A DNA stretch of 63,949 nt, the filler included, from Craspedostauros australis (Eukaryota), in NCBI GenBank assembly GCA_030167865.1. It is 9 parts of 9 records of this genome, joined end to end, with 100 filler letters (N's around TTAATTAATTAA, not from the genome) between each part and the next. Parts side by side here need not be neighbours in the genome. Positions count along the whole stretch, not along the records: positions 52,912 to 58,943 come from JALAGF010003198.1; positions 59,044 to 60,386 come from JALAGF010003199.1; positions 60,487 to 62,420 come from JALAGF010003201.1; positions 62,521 to 63,949 come from JALAGF010003203.1; 5 more parts are not named here. One strand, given 5' to 3'. This document shows positions 57,780-63,949 of the stretch, one piece after another. The notes under the pieces are model-generated. The model was not told where the DNA came from. It searched no databases and saw nothing but the letters and a program-made list of their open reading frames with translations. The position numbers and the translations under genes are program-made. Position 1 is the first letter of the stretch, and every line of letters begins with the position of its first letter.

Positions 57780-58943
57780 CTAGGATGTGGCTTCATTGGG
57801 ATGGATGGACATGTCATCCTTGGTGATGTCCTTCTCACTGTGCGCTGCAGCACGTCGGGCACGCCGCACCTTTTTCTTGCCAACGGGCGTTGCCTTCACC
57901 TTTTTGGTATCTCGGACACCAAGAGTAAATGCATACATGACATAGAAGATTGGCAAGTCATCATCATCAGAATCATCCTCAAAGATCTTCCCAACACGAT
58001 CAGGATCTGCTTGGAAGTGAAGGAGCGTGATCGGATCATCGTCCTCACCAACCTTGGCGTATCCATTCTCAGGATTCACAAAATCCAGCTCGACCTTGCC
58101 TGGGAATGTGTCAGTCAGACTGACTGCATGCTTCTCTGTGTCATGCTCAGCCTTGTAGTGGCCCCAGAAGATATCAAAGTAGCTTTGGATCTGGGGGTCC
58201 AGGTTCCCAACTCGCAGATGCTCCGCTGTCACCCTGTATTTGGTGTTGTAGTTTCGAACGTTTTTCGCGAAACTGACGCTGATTGTGCTTTCATCCACAA
58301 TCTTGAATTCAACAGAATCGACGGTCACTCCAAAAGGAACCTCAAAGTAGACAATGTAGCCAGTTCGCATGCTTGCGTGGGCTGCAGAAGAGTTGGGATC
58401 TGGAACCTGGATTGGGATGAAGTGCAATCCAGGGATCTCAGTCGAGACCTTCCCACCGCAGCCCTGAACCTTCTGGGACACAGCAAGATCCGTGTCGCTG
58501 TTCTCGACAGGCTTCTTGATGGCGGCCTTTTGTGCAGGCATCTTGGCGTCCTGTGTGCTTGTGCTGGGCTTGGATTGGAGAGGGAGCTCTTTGAAGAGGA
58601 CACGAGGAGGTGGTGCTGATGTGCCAACAACCTCGACGTCGTCACTGGATTCGACGGTCTCGAAGGTGTACTCGTCTTCGTCACCACTATCGATGGATTC
58701 GTTGGAAGTGCGTGGCAGATGGGCGACCGGACTGGCGTCTTGAGTGATGGCAGGGATGTTGTCGTTGCTTTCGATGGTGTCGTACGACTCCGTTGTGATC
58801 AACGATTGATCGTCGTCGTCGCCAAGTTCGAAGTCTTCGTCTTCACTGCTTTCGTCGGTGTTGGCGGATGGTGCGTTGTTGTTGCTTTGATTTTCCGTGT
58901 TGTTGTTGTTGTTCTGTTCGTTTCCACGTGGAGGACTGCTGTC
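57780..58943 (-). CDS. Hypothetical protein, 5' truncated: acidic N-terminus, beta-rich central domain, basic C-terminus; possibly a transposon accessory gene
   Basis: The frame is open from the contig edge at 58943 (DSSPPRGNEQ...). Contains GYIVYFEVPFGVTVDSVEFKIVDESTISVSF and KKKVRRARR. No family recognised. Confidence 0.5.
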   Translation of the reverse strand, partial: DSSPPRGNEQNNNNNTENQSNNNAPSANTDESSEDEDFELGDDDDQSLITTESYDTIESNDNIPAITQDASPVAHLPRTSNESIDSGDEDEYTFETVESSDDVEVVGTSAPPPRVLFKELPLQSKPSTSTQDAKMPAQKAAIKKPVENSDTDLAVSQKVQGCGGKVSTEIPGLHFIPIQVPDPNSSAAHASMRTGYIVYFEVPFGVTVDSVEFKIVDESTISVSFAKNVRNYNTKYRVTAEHLRVGNLDPQIQSYFDIFWGHYKAEHDTEKHAVSLTDTFPGKVELDFVNPENGYAKVGEDDDPITLLHFQADPDRVGKIFEDDSDDDDLPIFYVMYAFTLGVRDTKKVKATPVGKKKVRRARRAAAHSEKDITKDDMSIHPNEATS

Positions 58944-59043
58944 NNNNNNNNNNNNNNNNNNNNNNNNNNNNNNNNNNNNNNNNNNNNTTAATTAATTAAN
59001 NNNNNNNNNNNNNNNNNNNNNNNNNNNNNNNNNNNNNNNNNNN

Positions 59044-60385
59044 GGGGTCTGGCCATTGCGTTGGGTCCACAGCTCGCAGCGCCCGGTTGTTGTCGCAGGC
59101 GATGGTGGCTTGCCCGCGTATGCTTGCCCATTCGGCCACCGACGTGATCATCCACACTGACATTAGCACTCCGGCGAGCTCAGCACGGTTGGAGTCGGTG
59201 GGGTGCGATCCCTCTGGCACGGCTGACATCGCAAGCATCTGGTGTCGACCGTCGGCGGGGTCACGCTGGATGATCGCAGCTGCCGATCCGTGGTTATGCT
59301 TGGCTGAAGCATCGCTGCATGCAGAGCAGGTACCCTCTGCTATGGATCGCACGATCGAGTGTATCTCTCCGAGGACGTGCACGTCTGCAAGAATTCGCAC
59401 TGCGGCCGGCCCCTTCTGGTGCATCCATGCTCTCAGCGTGGTGGGAAGTGGCTGCTTCCGGATGTGCCCTCGGGACGTGATGGCCATTCCAGATCGCCGG
59501 GGCGCTCGATCAATCACCTCGACCGGAGCTGCTGGAGAGCTGTTGGGCATCGCGGGCAGGCCTGGCGTGAGCACAGATCCGTCGGGTCGTATTGACTCAC
59601 GTCTTTGCGGGATGGTTTGCCATGGTCCAAGCCGTCGTCGTATGTGCCACCCGGGGCGGTCGGTCGCCGCAAGCGCCATCAACACTTGGTCCCACGCTTC
59701 CCACGCCTTCTTGGAGACTGTCCCTACCTTCGGCCAGCAGATCGGGCCAGCTGGTAGTTGGATGCGCTGCAGGATCTGAGACCGGATTCGGTCGCCCTGA
59801 GCCGTTGCGATGTCGGACAGCCACATCACTCTCAGATGCAGTCTAGCCACATTGGCCAGGGCGAGAGTGTTTCTGTGCACACCGGCGCTGATCGCCAGAT
59901 TCATGACTGTGTCGTCTCCTTCTCGTGGCAGCGAATTGGGATGGTCGAGGTTGGTCATGGTGATGCCGATGTCGGCTGCAGACTGGAATGTGTTCTGCCA
60001 CCACGTTGGGCTGGTCCACGTCCTCCACTCACGCTCCGTTTGCTGGAGTGCGCCTGGGAGACCGGTCCATAGTTCGAGGTGACGTAAAGACGCGCGGAGC
60101 AGTCGTCCTGTCGCCGTTGGCTGTTCGAAGTGCTTCATGATCATGGACAGGTGCGCTACCACTTGGCCGTAGTACAAGTGTTGCATTCCGAACCCCATGA
60201 CATCCACATGCCCAAAGACGTAGTCCCTAGCAATGGTTCGGGCAATGCCCATTGACGGCAGCGCTGTTGTGAGAGCCGCACTCATCACGCGCTCCCATTG
60301 CAACCGGGACATTGTCGTGGCAGGGGCAGAGTACGAGAGCGCCGGCCATAGGACTGCCTTGGCAGCGATTTCGACATCCTGTCGT
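59044..60385 (-). mobile_element. Non-LTR retrotransposon pol fragment: RT thumb/connection region plus RNase H (Ambal-like diatom LINE)
   Basis: LWPALSY.AP..MSR.Q, LPSMGIAR...VFG..DVMGFG..HLY..Q, NVARLHLRVMWLSDIAT..GD; RNase H residues in ACSDAS, SNRAELAG and IACDN. The frame is open across the whole contig. Confidence 0.85.
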
Positions 60386-60563
60386 TNNNNNNNNNNNNNN
60401 NNNNNNNNNNNNNNNNNNNNNNNNNNNNNNTTAATTAATTAANNNNNNNNNNNNNNNNNNNNNNNNNNNNNNNNNNNNNNNNNNNNCACGACGAGGTGCA
60501 TGACAAGAATGCCTACGGATATGCACGACGATGTGCATGACAAGGACGCCTGTGGATGAGATC

Positions 60564-62420
60564 TCATGCAAGCGTTGATTCATGATGATGAGATGCATGA
60601 ATGCAACAGTCTAACACGATGCTGCTGCAGGAGATGCTACATGAGAAACGAAAGGCAAAGGAGCTGAAGAGAATGAACTCACAGTTCTGAATAGTACGAT
60701 CTAACAACCAATTAGTTCTTACTAACACTAACCCCGGATTTCCAACATTGGTCATCAGTCTAGCTTGACGAAAGCCAGCAAGCAGGGCTGGCCCGCGCCT
60801 TTCAGCGAAGAAGGCCACTATCCCGACTGATTGTAGGATCTGCATCGTCAGGATAATTCTTGGATTCGTCATCGCAGGAAGATTGAGGACCTCTTCGTCG
60901 GTGTGCTTGCTAAAAAACTTCTTCAGCTTCATGAAGTCTCTCATGATCATGAAAACATAATTTCTCATCGGGAACGTCCCGAGCAACTTGAGTGATTGGA
61001 GGTACAAGTCCAGCGCCTCGCTGAAGCGTTGGGATCGAGCAAGGGCCACGGCGAGTGATGAGTTGATATGAACAATATCTTCGATGGAGTCAGCGCAGTG
61101 ATCCAGTATCGTTTGGCATAGCATTGAACCTCTGTCGTAGTTGCCAAGGATCAGCTCAACTTCGGAGAGAGCACGATGTACCCTCAGGCATATTTCGCGC
61201 TGGCTGTCCCAAGGGTGTGCGACCTCTGTATACAAGATAGCCAGTGCTTGGTTCAGGTAGTTCGCAGCTGGGACGAATGCAGCCACCCCAATGGCGAGCT
61301 GCCCAACCTTGAGATTCAGCTTGACCAAGTTAAGTGGCGCGATATTGTTTGACTCTGCCGTCGACGATGCTTCTTGAAGATGATCCGCGGCCACAAACCA
61401 CATCCAGTCTTCGCCCAGTGCTGGATCGGATGCGATATCCATGAGGTGCTTCCCAATTCGACTCTTCATTCGGTCAAGGTCGTCCCCGGGAGGAGTCAGC
61501 AAGAATGCCGCTTGCTGAATCCTATCGTGAACAAATCGAAATGTTGCATCAGTGTTGCGGGCATCGGCATTCGTATTCTGGATGCCGGCTGCATTGGCAG
61601 AAACGCCGTTTGAGGGATTTCCGGTGGACAATCCGAGTATTTTCGAATTTGTTTCTCCCCACGAATGCCGGTGTGCACGTGCACCTTGACGTCCAGCCCC
61701 ACCTCTATCTCCACCAACTCGTTCCAGAAATTCTTCCTTGACGGCCAAATCCAGGATGCTATCGAGACTCAGTCTCAGCGTGGATGGCATCATTCCTGCG
61801 TCCGCATCCTGCCCCTGTTCTCGTTCTCGCCCCTCTGTCTCTTGATGTTGCCACTGTCTCTCCCGATCAATCAATGCCTGCAGCACCAGCTGGCGGAATG
61901 TGGATCGCAAGAATGACGCCAGGCGTAGGCAGGTTTGTAGGTCCTTTGGTAACGAACGCAGCTTTGATGTTATGATATCGACAACGTTGCGCGCTAAATC
62001 GATCTCATCAGCTACAAGCTGCTCGTCCCACTCCCAATTCAGACCGTGGAGATTCAGTGTAAGGAGCTTGCGACGGTGCAGCCCTTCAAGCGCTTGCTTT
62101 GTGTAGAAGACGTTTCCTTTTGTTTTGTCGTAAAGTATCCTCGCCAGTGGGGATGCTGTGAACGTGTCCAGGTCAAGCGAAGCTGTCAGGAGCTCAATGG
62201 TCTGCGCAAGGGTAAGATCATCCAGAGGAATGTCATGGATGATCTTTCCGGATTCATTCCACTGAGAGATGGCGTTTGTGAGACGGTGGTGTGGGTCACT
62301 GTGGACTTCGTTGGAGCGATACGATCCGATGATGAGAAAGTTACGGATGGATCGATCGAGGAGGATCTCGGTGATGAGCGTGAGAGATCGGTCGTCGATC
62401 CACTGGAGATCTACGCATAT
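60564..62420 (-). CDS. Second STAND-like/COG3899-type ATPase, partial (paralog of 9066-13568); 3' boundary uncertain, intron likely near 60735
   Basis: The frame is open from the contig edge: DLQWID, IIGSYRSNEV, KTKGNVFY, WEWDE, FRFVHDRIQQAA, RIGKHL, NLKVGQLA..AAFVPAANYL and LNLPAMT. Confidence 0.85.
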   Translation of the reverse strand: MCVDLQWIDDRSLTLITEILLDRSIRNFLIIGSYRSNEVHSDPHHRLTNAISQWNESGKIIHDIPLDDLTLAQTIELLTASLDLDTFTASPLARILYDKTKGNVFYTKQALEGLHRRKLLTLNLHGLNWEWDEQLVADEIDLARNVVDIITSKLRSLPKDLQTCLRLASFLRSTFRQLVLQALIDRERQWQHQETEGREREQGQDADAGMMPSTLRLSLDSILDLAVKEEFLERVGGDRGGAGRQGARAHRHSWGETNSKILGLSTGNPSNGVSANAAGIQNTNADARNTDATFRFVHDRIQQAAFLLTPPGDDLDRMKSRIGKHLMDIASDPALGEDWMWFVAADHLQEASSTAESNNIAPLNLVKLNLKVGQLAIGVAAFVPAANYLNQALAILYTEVAHPWDSQREICLRVHRALSEVELILGNYDRGSMLCQTILDHCADSIEDIVHINSSLAVALARSQRFSEALDLYLQSLKLLGTFPMRNYVFMIMRDFMKLKKFFSKHTDEEVLNLPAMTNPRIILTMQILQSVGIVAFFAERRGPALLAGFRQARLMTNVGNPGLVLVRTNWLLDRTIQNCEFILFSSFAFRFSCSISCSSIVLDCCIHASHHHESTLA

Positions 62421-62632
62421 NNNNNNNNNNNNNNNNNNNNNNNNNNNNNNNNNNNNNNNNNNNNTTAATTAATTAANNNNNNNNNNNNNNNNNNNNNNNN
62501 NNNNNNNNNNNNNNNNNNNNCGATGCAGATGGCACCAATCATCCTCTTTTGATGTGTCTGTGCCGTCACTATGCAAGGTTGGTGTCCCCACAGTTACGAC
62601 CTGCACCAAATGTAGAATACAGCAACGATAAC

Positions 62633-63577
62633 GCTAGTGCCTCAAAGAGCCAGACCCCAAAAATTGGCGATGTTTGGCGATGTTTGGATACAGATTTTGG
62701 ACCTGTTTTTCCCAAACTCAGACTTCGTTTTATAGACACTCAATCCAACATCTCTTTGTATCTACGTAAACTTAAGAGAAAGGGCTATCCAGGCAAGTGA
62801 TAGCATTACCATGTTGTTACTACCATCTCGTCGATCTTGATGTGTTTGTTGACCCCCTTGGTGTGGTTTTGCCTTCGGACGACGGACGGACCGGGTTTTG
62901 TTTGGCGATGTTTGGCTACACGTAGGATTCTACAGGAGTCCAGTAGGATCTTGCCTCTGTTCTTCGAGAAATTCGACTCTCCATCTTTGAAGTCTCCGGA
63001 CTTAGCGGTATTTGGCTCAATCTGTACAATAGACATAATTTCAGAATCCTCTCTCCAAGACGGTCACAACCATATGGTCTATATTGTGTTTGAGTGCGAT
63101 GGTATGGTGGCATGCTTGCGTTGAGTGCTCCCATGGAGGTCGGAACGATACTTGACCACTCGGATCCCCAATTTCGTTGACAAGTTTGGAGAATTCTGGT
63201 TCCAACGCCTGCGTCATCGTGACATCAGCGATGGTTCAGACCAAGAAAACATGCCAACCAGAAGCCAAAAACGTCCGTGAATGATGGGGGTGCTTGACGG
63301 ATCACATCAGTGCTCACCGAGCAAGACAGCAACAGCCACCAAACTTTAGGATTGTATATATCAACATTACATGATGCTACAATGGCAAGATGAGTACAGG
63401 AACACGCACATGAGCCAAGTCCGGAGAGTTTGACTACGGCTGATGTTGTTGTTGGCCTGTTTTTGTTCGGGACTTACGTAGAAAATGTACTACATTCTAC
63501 AGAGCAGTTATTGTGATCGAATTGTAGCCAAACATCGCCAATCTGTTTGGCTACAGCTGGCTCTTTGAGGCACTAGC
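62633..63577. mobile_element. 945-bp non-autonomous DNA transposon with perfect 21-bp TIRs and subterminal repeats
   Basis: GCTAGTGCCTCAAAGAGCCAG (62633-62653) is the exact reverse complement of 63557-63577. TTGGCGATGTTTGG(C/A)TACA-type motifs occur at 62664-62692, 62902-62920 and 63523-63555. Confidence 0.8.
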
Positions 63578-63949
63578 AGCTGGCGTGCTTCCAGTTCTGC
63601 TGCTTCTGGTCTGACACCTGGTGCAGTCGCTTGCACAGAACCGTCGAGAAGGAGTGAGAGAAGCATGACTAGTCCACCACAGGGAACATCTGGCTGTCGT
63701 CTTGGTCCATGCCTTCAGTATTGAGACTGCTGCTGCTGTTACGACGACTGCTATCATGTTCGTCGTTCTTGTTCGTGTGGTCGTAGAAAAGACCGAAGAT
63801 CGAGAGAGAGCGTGGAAAAGCAGTGGTTTGGAGAGGTCGTGTTCTGTTTCAATGATACTCTGTATGACCCCATTCAGGATACGATAGTACATTCTTGCCG
63901 ATTTTTACTTTGAGGGCCATTATCATCCTATTATGTTGTGGAGGGTATA

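Noticed and set aside
57570..58619. 349-aa plus-strand ORF
   Set aside because: Antisense shadow of the minus-strand ORF 57780-58943, which has more protein-like composition.
1..63949. tRNA, rRNA or prokaryotic operon/defence-island features
   Set aside because: None recognisable by eye. Introns and targeting signals show eukaryotic genes. Small ncRNAs cannot be excluded without covariance-model searches.

Overview
Eukaryotic nuclear DNA, most consistent with a diatom (probably pennate). The evidence is short GT-AG introns, bipartite plastid targeting, TTAGGG repeats and diatom-typical families: HA-domain, GARP-Myb, ShKT-P4H, COG3899-like ATPases, GT92-like, and an RNase H-bearing LINE. The window is not one contiguous locus. 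Eight artificial 100-bp spacers (about N44-TTAATTAATTAA-N44) split it into nine pieces: 1-4279, 4380-25867, 25968-28169, 28270-48265, 48366-52811, 52912-58943, 59044-60385, 60487-62420 and 62521-63949. The two long pieces are gene-rich: mucin-like Cys-rich secreted protein, STAND-like ATPase, GARP-Myb, prolyl 4-hydroxylase, SEA-like membrane protein, CRAL-TRIO, HA-domain protein, plastid-targeted SPP-like protease, Nudix-PH fusion, twin-CX9C protein and TPR-like protein. The short pieces are mostly mobile-element debris: a tyrosine-recombinase relic split by a solo-LTR-like insert, a LINE RT/RNase H fragment, a 945-bp TIR element, CpG-erased DNA, minisatellites and interstitial TTAGGG. Highlights: (1) two paralogous modular secreted proteins (LRG/RxL propeptide, Pro-Thr-Ser mucin tracts, an unrecognised helical Cys domain and CX5C repeat arrays), one preceded by four motifs phased at exactly 22 bp; (2) two kinase-less STAND/COG3899-type ATPase paralogs; (3) a Nudix-PH fusion; (4) a plastid-targeted SPP-like protease; (5) a GARP Myb with a rewritten recognition helix. 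All calls come from reading motifs by eye; no database searches were run.
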